Assembly (NCBI GenBank): GCA_047617785.1
Contig: JBLGBK010000008.1
Location: 1 to 42,571, forward strand
Reading direction: 5' to 3'
DNA: 42,571 bases
Origin: Colwellia polaris
GTDB lineage: Archaea; Nanohalarchaeota; Nanosalinia; Nanosalinales; Nanosalinaceae
Positions 17,272 through 27,179 of this stretch are shown here, piece after piece (positions within the stretch are counted from its first letter, which is position 1; each line of letters opens with the position of its first letter). The notes below the pieces were generated by a model that had not been told where the DNA came from, ran no database searches, and was given only the letters and a program-made list of their open reading frames with translations. Position numbers and translations under genes: made by a program.

Positions 17272-18825
17272 ATGTCGTTAAAGGACAAGAAACTTTGCAG
17301 TAGAATTGATGTTTATACTTATGCTTTTGTAGCGATACTTGGCTTAGCTCTATTTTTAAGATTTCATGAACTTGGGCAACCATACTTTTGGCAGACTGAA
17401 ATACATCATACTTGGCCTGCTAAGAATTTCCTTGAGGGACAAGGCTTTTCCAAACCTGCTGGATCTCATGTACCCTATCTGCGCTCTTGGTTTACAACTA
17501 CTGTTCCTATAGCTATCTCTTTCACGCTTCTGGGTTACAATGAGTTTGCAGCCAGACTTCCTACGCTTATTGTAGGTTTATTTACTATTATAGTCTCTTA
17601 TCTCCTAGGGAAAGATATAGGAGGAAAAAAACTAGGTTTAACGACATCAAGCATTATGGCGGTTAGTTTCTGGGTTATAAACTGGCATACTCAAGCGAGG
17701 ATGTATGCTCATAATCAATTTTTATACATACTTTCCATATGGCTTGTTTTAAGATGGTATGAAAGAGATAAACTTGCCTTGAAAAGCAACTACCTATATT
17801 CTCTGGTACCGACTGTTCTTTTAGGTTTCCATAATCACATGACCTATCTTGCTATGGGTCCTGTTATCGGAGTTTACTTCTCTTTAATGCTTATATCTAA
17901 GCTAGATTATACAAAATGGCGTAGCCAGATTAAACAAGATGAGCTGGTGCGGAGAAACATTTTATGGCTTATAGCATTCTTATTTTGTGGATCAATATTT
18001 ATGTTGGTTAGAGGAGAAGGTATACTTGTTTGGCTAGTTGATTACGCTCCTGCATGGTACATATGGGATAGAGGACCTCTATATTATCTTAACTATCTTT
18101 CTGACAACTTGATAATCCTCTATATGTTTGGATTTGGTCTTGCATTGTCTATTCGATATAGAAATAATTGGCTCATACCTGTAAGCTTCCTAATACCTTT
18201 CGTATTTCAAAGCTTGTTAAGGTTTAAAGAACCTCGACTTATATTTCATTTATATCCTCTCTATGCTCTAATAGCTGCTATACCCGCAGTCTATGTATTT
18301 AATATTATTGAAGACGGATTAAAATCTCTAAATATAGATTACCAGAAAATTAACTTGGCTATTGTGCTTCTAATATGCCTGTTTGTTTTTTCGATTTATA
18401 CTCCGTTTCAAAGCCTCCAACAGAAAGATGAGGCCCCACATGGGTTCGTTGTAGGTTCAAACCATAGAGCTCCGGCTAATTATATTCAAGACAGGATGAC
18501 CGAAGATGACATCATAATTTCAAGCGCACCTTCCATAACAGGCTGGTATCTAGGCAGTATGGACTATGTCGATTATGATTTAAATTATATAGAACATAGA
18601 AATGAATCGGGCCATCTTATAGACCCGAATACAGAAATTAAGGCTGTTAAAAATTCTGATCGAATGGAGGAAATAATTTCAAATAATACAGGCTGGATTG
18701 TAGCTGACTCAAACTTCTACACAGATTTCAAAATAAAGAAAGATGTACGGCAAACAATAATCCAGAATTCTAGAAAGATAGAAAATGACTCTTGGGAGAA
18801 TACCGACATATATAGGTTCGAGTAG
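17272..18825 (+). CDS. GT-C membrane glycosyltransferase (GT39/ArnT/PMT_2-like), paralog of the divergent neighbour
   Basis: LRFHELGQPYFWQTE, EFAARLP, TQARMY, EPRL. ATG 17272 preferred because 17191 abuts the divergent gene. Confidence 0.85.
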   Translation: MSLKDKKLCSRIDVYTYAFVAILGLALFLRFHELGQPYFWQTEIHHTWPAKNFLEGQGFSKPAGSHVPYLRSWFTTTVPIAISFTLLGYNEFAARLPTLIVGLFTIIVSYLLGKDIGGKKLGLTTSSIMAVSFWVINWHTQARMYAHNQFLYILSIWLVLRWYERDKLALKSNYLYSLVPTVLLGFHNHMTYLAMGPVIGVYFSLMLISKLDYTKWRSQIKQDELVRRNILWLIAFLFCGSIFMLVRGEGILVWLVDYAPAWYIWDRGPLYYLNYLSDNLIILYMFGFGLALSIRYRNNWLIPVSFLIPFVFQSLLRFKEPRLIFHLYPLYALIAAIPAVYVFNIIEDGLKSLNIDYQKINLAIVLLICLFVFSIYTPFQSLQQKDEAPHGFVVGSNHRAPANYIQDRMTEDDIIISSAPSITGWYLGSMDYVDYDLNYIEHRNESGHLIDPNTEIKAVKNSDRMEEIISNNTGWIVADSNFYTDFKIKKDVRQTIIQNSRKIENDSWENTDIYRFE

Positions 18826-18874
18826 TCTGAACCATAATAATCGGTTCTATTTTTTATTAATTAGAAAACCATAA

Positions 18875-19948
18875 TTGAATGTGAGTTCTAAGAAAATCCT
18901 TCATTTAATCGATCATATGGGGTTAGGAGGAGCCCAAAGAATAGTTTCCGAACTATCTGAACCTTCGCAGGATGTTTATGCCTTAAGAAAAGCTGAAAAC
19001 ACTTTAGGGGAGAGAGGTGAAAAATTTCAATTTCCTGACACAAACTCGAGCTACAATCTTAGATGTATATTAGGTGTTTTTTCTTTAATGCGGCAGGAAG
19101 ATTATGATGTTCTTCACTGTCATCTAAAAAAAGCTCAAATAGTAGGAATTGTAACCAAGCTGTTTTCGACAAGAGATTTCGATTTAATTTTTCATGAACA
19201 TGGAAGAATTTTCACAGAAGATCCCTTATATGAGAAATTCCTAGCTAAGACTCAAAGATACGTAGATCGCTATATAGCTGTTTCAGAGAAAACAAAATCG
19301 CTCATGCAGGAAAAATCAGACTTAACACCTGATAAAATAGAAGTTCTCTACAATTTTGCGGATCAAAAACGATTCAATCCACATGTCTCAGATGAATATA
19401 AGCGAGAGGATTTGATACATACTTCCGAAGATAGCTTTACTCTAGGATTTGCCGGCCGGTTAGTCCAAAGAAAAGGATGGCGAGATATCATAAACGCCCA
19501 TGAATTTATCGAAGAAGATGTAGAAATCTTAATTGCGGGCTCTGGTCCCGAAGAAGATCTACTTAAAGAAAGTATAATGGATAAAGAGAATATAAACTAT
19601 CTAGGCTATTTAGAGGATATAAGAACGCTTTTCAACGAAATTGACTGCTTCGTAATACCTTCAGAATGGGATCCTTGTCCTATGATATCTTTTGAAGTTC
19701 AAGCTGTCGGTATACCTCTAATATGCGCTGATGTGCCTTCTCTGGATGAATTGATTGTAGATGGTAAAAACGGTCTTCTGTACGAATCCAAAAATGCCGG
19801 AGATCTTGCAAGAACGGTTAACAGGTTGAAGAACGAGGAGGGTCTCCAGGAAAATCTTTCTGATAGAGAACTCGAGTTTGCGGATTCGCATAATCTTCAT
19901 CACTATAAGGAAAACTTGGAAAAAATATATCGAAAACAGTTAGATTGA
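18875..19948 (+). CDS. GT4 glycosyltransferase
   Basis: GLGGAQR, FAGRLVQRKG, DCFVIPSEWDPCPMISFE. Confidence 0.9.
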   Translation: MNVSSKKILHLIDHMGLGGAQRIVSELSEPSQDVYALRKAENTLGERGEKFQFPDTNSSYNLRCILGVFSLMRQEDYDVLHCHLKKAQIVGIVTKLFSTRDFDLIFHEHGRIFTEDPLYEKFLAKTQRYVDRYIAVSEKTKSLMQEKSDLTPDKIEVLYNFADQKRFNPHVSDEYKREDLIHTSEDSFTLGFAGRLVQRKGWRDIINAHEFIEEDVEILIAGSGPEEDLLKESIMDKENINYLGYLEDIRTLFNEIDCFVIPSEWDPCPMISFEVQAVGIPLICADVPSLDELIVDGKNGLLYESKNAGDLARTVNRLKNEEGLQENLSDRELEFADSHNLHHYKENLEKIYRKQLD

Positions 19949-19949
19949 A

Positions 19950-21050
19950 ATGATAAAAGTCTGTTTTATACATCCTTATGCTCTTGATGCCTTTAAAAAG
20001 AGGTCTGTGGGGGGTACAGAGCTTCAGATTTACCATATATCAAGAGAAATAGCAAAGGAAGAAGGCATGAAGGCAGAAGTTATTACAAATAGAGATAAAT
20101 CCGAAAAAGATTTCTTTGAGGGTGTAAAACTTGTGAAAGCGTTAGGAAATGTAGATACTTGGCCTGAAAAATTTATAACGGCTTTTAATATGCTATATCA
20201 TATGTATGAATCCGATGCAGAGGTCTATTTCAGTTCTTCTGACAATATGATACCCGGTCTAGTAAGCTTTTATTGCCTTATTACAGGTAGCCAGCATATT
20301 CATAGGACTGTTCATGAAAGACAATGTGATGGATCTTTAATTAGAGAAGATAAAATAAGAGGAGTGGTAAACAACCTTGGCTTGAGATTTTCTGACTTCA
20401 TATTTGCACAGTCTCAGCAGCATAAAAATCTTCTGAAAGACTGGTTTAATCCTCCTGTAGGAGTTCTACCCAACCTATTTCCTATAGCTAACGAAGGCAA
20501 TGTATCATCTAGCTCTAATCAAGAAGACCATATTCTTTGGGTGGGAAGAAGAGTAAGGTGGAAGAATCCAGAAATGTTTATTGACTTAGCTAGAAGATTT
20601 AAATCCCAAAAATTTGTCATGATTTCTCCTTGTACTGGAGATGATCAAGAATACTATGAAAGAATTGATAGAGAAGCGGAAAAACTTGATAATCTTGAAT
20701 TAATAGAGAGAGTTCCAAGAACCAAAATAGGCAAATACTACAGAGAAGCTAAAATACTAGTAAACACATCTGAAAAAGAAGGTTTCCCAAATACTTTTAT
20801 CGAAGCAGGAAAGGCCGCTACACCTATTCTCACCTACAAGGTTGACCCAGATAATTATATACGGGAAGAAAACTGCGGTATAAATTGCCAAGGTGATGCC
20901 GGCAAACTTTTCAGCTCCATAGACGTTCTAGTTAACGATAAAGATCAAATTAAAACAAAAGGGCGTAACTCGCGTCGATATGTGGAGCAAAACCATGATA
21001 TCGAAGAAGAAATACATCCGCTAATAGATAAAATAGAAAATCTAACCTAG
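19950..21050 (+). CDS. GT4 glycosyltransferase
   Basis: VGGTELQ, LWVGR...K, VNTSEKEGFPNTFIEA. Confidence 0.92.
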   Translation: MIKVCFIHPYALDAFKKRSVGGTELQIYHISREIAKEEGMKAEVITNRDKSEKDFFEGVKLVKALGNVDTWPEKFITAFNMLYHMYESDAEVYFSSSDNMIPGLVSFYCLITGSQHIHRTVHERQCDGSLIREDKIRGVVNNLGLRFSDFIFAQSQQHKNLLKDWFNPPVGVLPNLFPIANEGNVSSSSNQEDHILWVGRRVRWKNPEMFIDLARRFKSQKFVMISPCTGDDQEYYERIDREAEKLDNLELIERVPRTKIGKYYREAKILVNTSEKEGFPNTFIEAGKAATPILTYKVDPDNYIREENCGINCQGDAGKLFSSIDVLVNDKDQIKTKGRNSRRYVEQNHDIEEEIHPLIDKIENLT

Positions 21051-21077
21051 AAAAAAGAAATCAATTAATAGAGTATA

Positions 21078-22253
21078 ATGTCAGAGCAAAAACTCCATTA
21101 CTTCAACGATGTCTACCTGAAAGGTAAGGAAAGCAATATAATATCTAGAAAAGAAATGCTAAAAGGTTTCAACAAAATTGAAGACCTAGAAGTAGCTATA
21201 AATTATCTTATATCACGTAAGGACGACAAGATTGGTATCAGCAATCTAATCGAAACTAGAATAGATTTAAAACCTCTTTACACGCCTGAAATATTTAGAA
21301 AAACTAGTAATAAGCGTTTCATCCGACTATATAATATTTTAATCCAAAACCGTTTGATAAATATTTTCTATATGCTGAGGCTTCTCCAGGTACCTAAAGA
21401 TGACAAAGTGTACATATGGGGGCTTCAATCAGCATTCTCTTTATATCTACTAGGGTCTTTAAGTCCTAATAAAGTTATTTTAGAGCTAGACGACCATGTT
21501 TTCGGAAAAGACAGACTTAAAGACCATATATATCTAAAAGCTGCTGAAAAATCATCTAAAGTTTCTACAGTCTCTTACGCAACTTACCAAGATTTAATCT
21601 CTAGAGGTATCAAAGAGGAAAAAATAGATATCTTGCCCAATGCTGTTGACTACAAGAACTTCCATATGCCGGGTGATAAAGACGACATTAGAGAAAAACT
21701 GTCTCTTGACAAAGAAAAATTCTTAGTTATTTACACAGGTCAACTCTACGATTGGAAAGGTATTCCAACTCTTCTAAAAGCATTCCATAAAATTGATGCT
21801 GAAGACACGCAGTTAATAATTGTCGGAGGTAGAGAAGACGATATAGAACGTTATCGAAACTATACAAAAAGTGAAGACTATCAAGGCGATGTAAGATTCG
21901 AAGGATACGTTTCTCGAGACAAAATACCTTTATATCAAAATACGGCCGATCTACTCGTTTTGCCAAACACGGCAAGATCAGAAAAATCAAGGGAGTATAC
22001 TTCCCCTCTCAAACTGAAAGAATATCTAGCTGCGAATACGCCATTGATAGTCTCTGAACTTCCAAGTATAAAGCGAGAAGTATCGTCAGAAGAGGTGTTT
22101 TACTTTAACCCAGATAACCCTGCGCACCTGGCCGAAAAGATGCTTTATATACGTAAAAACTGGGATAAAGCTGAAAGAAAGTTAAGTAACTCTATTAAGA
22201 GGGCGGAAAACTATACTTGGGAAGATAGAGCTCGGAAAGTAATTGATATATAA
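21078..22253 (+). CDS. GT4 glycosyltransferase
   Basis: LPNAVD, YTGQLYDWKG, ADLLVLPN...TSPLKLKEY. Confidence 0.92.
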   Translation: MSEQKLHYFNDVYLKGKESNIISRKEMLKGFNKIEDLEVAINYLISRKDDKIGISNLIETRIDLKPLYTPEIFRKTSNKRFIRLYNILIQNRLINIFYMLRLLQVPKDDKVYIWGLQSAFSLYLLGSLSPNKVILELDDHVFGKDRLKDHIYLKAAEKSSKVSTVSYATYQDLISRGIKEEKIDILPNAVDYKNFHMPGDKDDIREKLSLDKEKFLVIYTGQLYDWKGIPTLLKAFHKIDAEDTQLIIVGGREDDIERYRNYTKSEDYQGDVRFEGYVSRDKIPLYQNTADLLVLPNTARSEKSREYTSPLKLKEYLAANTPLIVSELPSIKREVSSEEVFYFNPDNPAHLAEKMLYIRKNWDKAERKLSNSIKRAENYTWEDRARKVIDI

Positions 22254-22263
22254 ATTAAAACTA

Positions 22264-23505
22264 TTAAATTAAATCATTCTTTTTTAGATAGTACATCGCA
22301 AATAAAGTTTGAAAGGGATAATATAGCACTGAGGCTATAATTCCTCCTAAAACACCTAATGTAGGTATCATAATCAAAGAAAGACAGATGAAAATTAAAA
22401 TAGATATTATTCTTGATTTCGTCGCTTCTCTACTTAGCTTTTCCTTAACAAGACCTTGTATAGACACATATGACATAAAATAGAACGGTATGGCAAACAG
22501 ATAGATCTGCGCTAGAAAAACTGACTCCTGATACTTATCAGTATAAAGAAAAATTAATGGATATTCAATAAAATGGTAAAGGATACCTGAAAGAAGTAGC
22601 AATAAGACAAATACTGGGTAAAAATTTGAGAATTTAAAATCTTCCTTAAAGAATCCTGGTAAAACCGCTTCTATAGAGGATTTGATAAACTTAAACAAGG
22701 TATCAGAAACCTTTACAGCAATATTATAGATAGCAACCTGGCTAAAAGGCAGAAAAACACCTATCAAGATTCTGTCAACTTTACTGAAGGTATAAGAGGT
22801 AAACTCAAGTAATGTGTATTCATAGCTTTCTTCTCGCCAGTTAATTGAAGCTTCGTTATTTGAAACAAAATTTAGGCTCTTCAAGTAAAAATAGCTGTTC
22901 AAAGCAGCAGCTGCCAGGAAATATACAAAAATTAAATAAAGAAGGTTCTCGGGGCTGGTAAGTAACACTCCTATAACCAGCAACGCCTTAGTTATAGAAA
23001 TGCTGGATTCATAGACTACAAAACTTTCAAAACGCTCTTTACCCTTTAATAGGTTCTTCCAGTTTTGAAAAGCATAAATTATCGGGAAAAAAAGAGAGGC
23101 AACTATCAAAGATAGTCCAACTCCTGGAGTTTTAGATGTATAGAAGTAAAAACCTAAAATTACTAGCAGAGGCACTCCTAAAAGAGCCCATAGGAAGTTA
23201 AACCTTGTAGCTTCTTGGTAGAAACCAACTTTCCCTTTAGAAGATGATCTGAATATAGTAGTTCTTACGCCGGGCATACTCACTAATGAAACCATGGAGA
23301 CGATAGATATTACGAAAATATACTGTCCATACAAACCTTGAGAAGCAATCCGCGCGAACAATACTGATACAACAAGAGAAGTAAGTATGTTAACTGCTTG
23401 ATATATGTTCATCAGCACTATACTTCTCCTAAAGTTACCTAAAATATGAATTAGGTTCTCGGCACGATTCTCTAATTTACTTGGAAACTTTCCATAAGCC
23501 TTCAT
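22264..23505 (-). CDS. Oligosaccharide flippase (Wzx/MOP family)
   Basis: Many TM helices; LFARI...YGQY, DRILIGVFL...VAIYNIA, MIPTLGVLGG. Start position uncertain. Confidence 0.88.
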   Translation of the reverse strand: MKAYGKFPSKLENRAENLIHILGNFRRSIVLMNIYQAVNILTSLVVSVLFARIASQGLYGQYIFVISIVSMVSLVSMPGVRTTIFRSSSKGKVGFYQEATRFNFLWALLGVPLLVILGFYFYTSKTPGVGLSLIVASLFFPIIYAFQNWKNLLKGKERFESFVVYESSISITKALLVIGVLLTSPENLLYLIFVYFLAAAALNSYFYLKSLNFVSNNEASINWREESYEYTLLEFTSYTFSKVDRILIGVFLPFSQVAIYNIAVKVSDTLFKFIKSSIEAVLPGFFKEDFKFSNFYPVFVLLLLLSGILYHFIEYPLIFLYTDKYQESVFLAQIYLFAIPFYFMSYVSIQGLVKEKLSREATKSRIISILIFICLSLIMIPTLGVLGGIIASVLYYPFQTLFAMYYLKKNDLI

Positions 23506-23601
23506 TACAACCTTAATTAAACTTAGCTCAAACAGGATAAAAAACTCACAAGAACTCCACAAGTATCTATATTCTTAAAATTCCGTTACCACCCTCTAGA
23601 T

Positions 23602-24870
23602 ATGATACTCAAAAACATTCGATACCTGGTAACTCAGAACCGTGAAAGAGAGTTGCTTGAGAATGTTGATGTCTTGGTTAAGGGTTCTAGGATCGCTGCT
23701 ATAGGGAAGAGTATTCCTGAAGGCGCCCATGAGGTTGTTGACTGCAGCGATAAAATGGTTATGCCGGGCTTGGTTAATGCGCATACTCACGCTTCTATGG
23801 CTTTACTCCGCGGTATTTCTGATAATAAGAATCTTCAGGACTGGCTTGAGCAGGATATTTTCCCGGCTGAGGAGAAGATTGGAGCTGAGGAAGCATATGT
23901 CGGCTCTCTTCTTGCTTGTGTCGAGATGTTGAAGACTGGTACTACTACGTTCAATGATATGTATGATAACATGGATCAGGTTGCTGAAGCCGTCGATCAA
24001 ACAGGTATTCGAGCAGTTCTCGGCAGAGGACTGATGGATATGGATGGGGAGATCGATCATAGAATAGAAGAAGCAGTAGAATTAGTAGAGAACTATAGAA
24101 ACCACGAAAGAATCACTCCTTGTTTCGCACCTCACGCAGTTTATACAGCTTCTGAGCAGCTTCTATTGGAAGCTAAGGATTGTGCAGAAATATTCAACAC
24201 GCCATATCATATTCATGTTTCGGAAACTGAAAAAGAGAAACTGGAGGCTATGGAGGATCAAGGAAACTCTCCGCTTAATTACCTAGATTCTCTAAGTCTT
24301 GTAAATGATGATTTAGTTGCGGCTCATGGCGTATGGCTGACGGAAGAAGAGAAAGACTTGCTGGAAGAGAAAGGCGGGAACGTTGTACACAATCCGGCAG
24401 CTAACCTCAAACTTGGTTCCGGGATAGCAGATGTACCTGATATGCTTGACCGAGGAATCAACGTAGCACTCGGAACGGATGGTGTTGCATCAAACAATAA
24501 CTTGAACATGTTTGAAGAGGCAAAGATTGCTTCGATACTTCATAAACGTCAAAGTCCGGAAGATATCACCGAGCAGCAGGTACTGGATATGGCTACTATC
24601 AACGGTGCAAAAGCACTTGGGATGGAAGAAGAAATAGGTTCAATTGAACTAGATAAGAAAGCTGATCTGGTAGTTCTTGATCTTCAGAATCCGGATATGC
24701 AGCCTGTTCATGGTAAAAGAGGCTTGATCTCAAATCTAGTCTACTCATTCAATGGAAATGTCACTGATGTAATTGTAGACGGTGAACGGGTTGTCAAAGA
24801 TAATCAAGTCAGGAATGTAAATGAAGAAAAAGTAGTAAGTTATGCGGCTGAAGCCGCTGAAAAATTCTAA
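23602..24870 (+). CDS. mtaD: Amidohydrolase, MTA/SAH (5'-deoxyadenosine) deaminase family
   Basis: PGLVNAHTH, APHAVYT, HIHVSET, AHGV, NLKLGSG, GTDGVASNN. Confidence 0.85.
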   Translation: MILKNIRYLVTQNRERELLENVDVLVKGSRIAAIGKSIPEGAHEVVDCSDKMVMPGLVNAHTHASMALLRGISDNKNLQDWLEQDIFPAEEKIGAEEAYVGSLLACVEMLKTGTTTFNDMYDNMDQVAEAVDQTGIRAVLGRGLMDMDGEIDHRIEEAVELVENYRNHERITPCFAPHAVYTASEQLLLEAKDCAEIFNTPYHIHVSETEKEKLEAMEDQGNSPLNYLDSLSLVNDDLVAAHGVWLTEEEKDLLEEKGGNVVHNPAANLKLGSGIADVPDMLDRGINVALGTDGVASNNNLNMFEEAKIASILHKRQSPEDITEQQVLDMATINGAKALGMEEEIGSIELDKKADLVVLDLQNPDMQPVHGKRGLISNLVYSFNGNVTDVIVDGERVVKDNQVRNVNEEKVVSYAAEAAEKF

Positions 24871-24878
24871 ATTTCTCT

Positions 24879-25985
24879 TTATACGTTTGCGTCCATCAGT
24901 TCTGGTTTCTCATCGATGCTTGGGATATCAAGTGATTTCTTGATCTTTCTGAACTTCTGATGGTCATTGCTTTCCAGAAGTGTGATTGCTTCTCCTTCAC
25001 GTCCTTGGCGTCCCGCTCGTCCGATTCTATGTGTATAAGTGTCAGCTGTGTCTGGTACGTCGTAGTTGAAGACATGTGTTACTCGGTCGACGTCGATTCC
25101 GCGTGCTGCTACGTCTGTTGCAACGATTACTTTGATGTCTCCGTTCTCGAACTTTTCCAGTGTGCTTTCCCGCTGATTTTGGCTCATGTCGCCGTTCAGT
25201 TCCTGTGCATCAATATTGTTCTTCCTTAGTTTGTCAGCTAGCCAGCGTGTTGTGTTCTTGGTCTGGCAGAAAACTATTGTAAGGTCTCTATCCTTTTTCT
25301 TGAGAAATGTGTAGAGATAGGATAGCTTGTTATTGTTCTTGACGTTTACATATTTCTCTTCAAGCTCTGCAGTGTGTTCTCCAGGTTCAATTCTGATGAT
25401 TTCTGGATCGATATCGTACCTGTCGCACATCTTTGTTAATGCGCGAGGAATTGTCGCTCCGAAAAGCAGGTTCTGCCTTTTCTCTGGCAGGAAGCTGATT
25501 ATTGACTCTAGTTCGTCCTGGAACCCCATGTCGAGCATCCTGTCGGCTTCGTCTAGAATAAAGTATTCTAGGTTGTCTACGTTAATTTTTCCTTTCTGAA
25601 GGAGGTCAAGTACACGTCCTGGTGTTCCGACGACAATGTTTGCTTTCTTTGCACCTTGGATCTGTGGTTCATATGAAACCCCTCCGTAGATTGTTACTGC
25701 ATCGATCTCCGAAGAAGCCATTTCAATCTCCGCGGTAATCTGTTTGGCTAGTTCTCGTGTCGGTGAGAGGACGAGTGCTTTGGTTTCGTCTCCTTCTAGT
25801 TGTTCAATTATTGGCAGTGAGAAAGCCAGTGTTTTTCCTGAACCGGTCTCTGATTCGACCAGCAGGTCTTTTCCTTCAAAAATTTCTGGTATAGCTTTTT
25901 CCTGTACTTCTGTAGGTTCTGTGATTCCTTCGTCTTCAAGTCGCTGTAGTGTATGTTGTGAAATATTTAGGTCTGAGAAATTCAT
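24879..25985 (-). CDS. DEAD-box RNA helicase (core domains only)
   Basis: Q motif, TGSGKT, PTRELA, TPGR, DEAD, ARGID, HRIGRAGR. Confidence 0.96.
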   Translation of the reverse strand: MNFSDLNISQHTLQRLEDEGITEPTEVQEKAIPEIFEGKDLLVESETGSGKTLAFSLPIIEQLEGDETKALVLSPTRELAKQITAEIEMASSEIDAVTIYGGVSYEPQIQGAKKANIVVGTPGRVLDLLQKGKINVDNLEYFILDEADRMLDMGFQDELESIISFLPEKRQNLLFGATIPRALTKMCDRYDIDPEIIRIEPGEHTAELEEKYVNVKNNNKLSYLYTFLKKKDRDLTIVFCQTKNTTRWLADKLRKNNIDAQELNGDMSQNQRESTLEKFENGDIKVIVATDVAARGIDVDRVTHVFNYDVPDTADTYTHRIGRAGRQGREGEAITLLESNDHQKFRKIKKSLDIPSIDEKPELMDANV

Positions 25986-26065
25986 TCGTTAATTCAAACT
26001 CCTTATAAAAGAAGTATTGGTGGGGAAGACTTTTAGATTTGATCAGTCGAACAGATCGTTAGTTT

Positions 26066-27178
26066 CTACTCTGCAAGCCTCTTACTGATCCCGTAATAGG
26101 AGTTTCTCAGCTTCTTCAAGGTCTCTACTTCACACATCTCGTTTTCTCCGTGAACAGTTTTCTGGTTGGTTCCAAGTTCGATGAAAGGAGTATCTTTCTC
26201 AGCGAAGAAACGTCCGTCGCTAGCACCGCCATCAGTAATTTCCTCTGGTCTCTCACCACGGACCTCTTCAAGAGCCTTTACAGAGGCTTCCCTGAACTTC
26301 TCATCCGATAGCTCAAATGCTCCTCCGTGATCTTGTTCAACTTCTACACGGAACCCACATTCAATTCCTTCTAAAGCCTTCTCCACATCTTCCACTATCT
26401 GATCTATATTCTGTGAAGGCAAGTAACGGATATCCATACCTATCTCCAGTTCTCCAGGCACGCTATTGTATGTCTGTGTAGTTTCAACCCGTGTAACTTC
26501 GTGACTTGGGTCGGGAAGCGTTCCATTGTTCTCATAAGTTAGCTTCATGTTGTTGAGACGATCTAGAACGTTCGGAAGCTCTTCCATAATGTTAATCTGT
26601 GCGAGATCTGCGCGGCTGGCGTGAATTCCTTCACCTTCCAACTGTATATTGAGCCATACAACTCCGCGCGTCCCTACCTGAACATTCATGTCGGTGGCTT
26701 CGCCAACTATCGCGTAATCAAAGCCTTGCTCTTCTCCATAGTATTTATCTACTAGTGGCTGCGAACCTTTGAATCCACCGATTTCTTCATCTCCTGCTGC
26801 CATGAGTACTGCTCTTCCATTGAAATCGCTGTCTTTATGTAGGTCAATGAATGCTTTAACCTGGGCTGCAAAAGCTGCCTTCATGTCTGAGGCACCACGT
26901 CCGTACAGTTTTCCATCTTCAATAACTGGTTCAAAAGGTTCTGTGACACTCCACTGTCCTTCAGGCTCTACAACATCCAAGTGACCGTTTAGACAGATAG
27001 ATGGTTCGCCTTCACCAGTCTCTGCCGTCAAGTTGTAGACTCCATCGATTTCGTGTATATCTGCATCAATTCCGTGTTCTTCCAGTAATCCTTTCAAATA
27101 CTGAAATATCTCAGGTTTTTCAACTGGTGAAACGGTTTTGTACTTCATAAGTTCTCGTGCTACTTCTTCTGTCTTCAT
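26066..27178 (-). CDS. M20 metallopeptidase/amidohydrolase (ArgE/DapE-like)
   Basis: GHLDVV, GRGASDMK, DEE, GE, HAS, GGASDG, HGENE. ATG 27178 lies 1 nt after the upstream stop. Confidence 0.92.
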   Translation of the reverse strand: MKTEEVARELMKYKTVSPVEKPEIFQYLKGLLEEHGIDADIHEIDGVYNLTAETGEGEPSICLNGHLDVVEPEGQWSVTEPFEPVIEDGKLYGRGASDMKAAFAAQVKAFIDLHKDSDFNGRAVLMAAGDEEIGGFKGSQPLVDKYYGEEQGFDYAIVGEATDMNVQVGTRGVVWLNIQLEGEGIHASRADLAQINIMEELPNVLDRLNNMKLTYENNGTLPDPSHEVTRVETTQTYNSVPGELEIGMDIRYLPSQNIDQIVEDVEKALEGIECGFRVEVEQDHGGAFELSDEKFREASVKALEEVRGERPEEITDGGASDGRFFAEKDTPFIELGTNQKTVHGENEMCEVETLKKLRNSYYGISKRLAE

Positions 27179-27179
27179 T

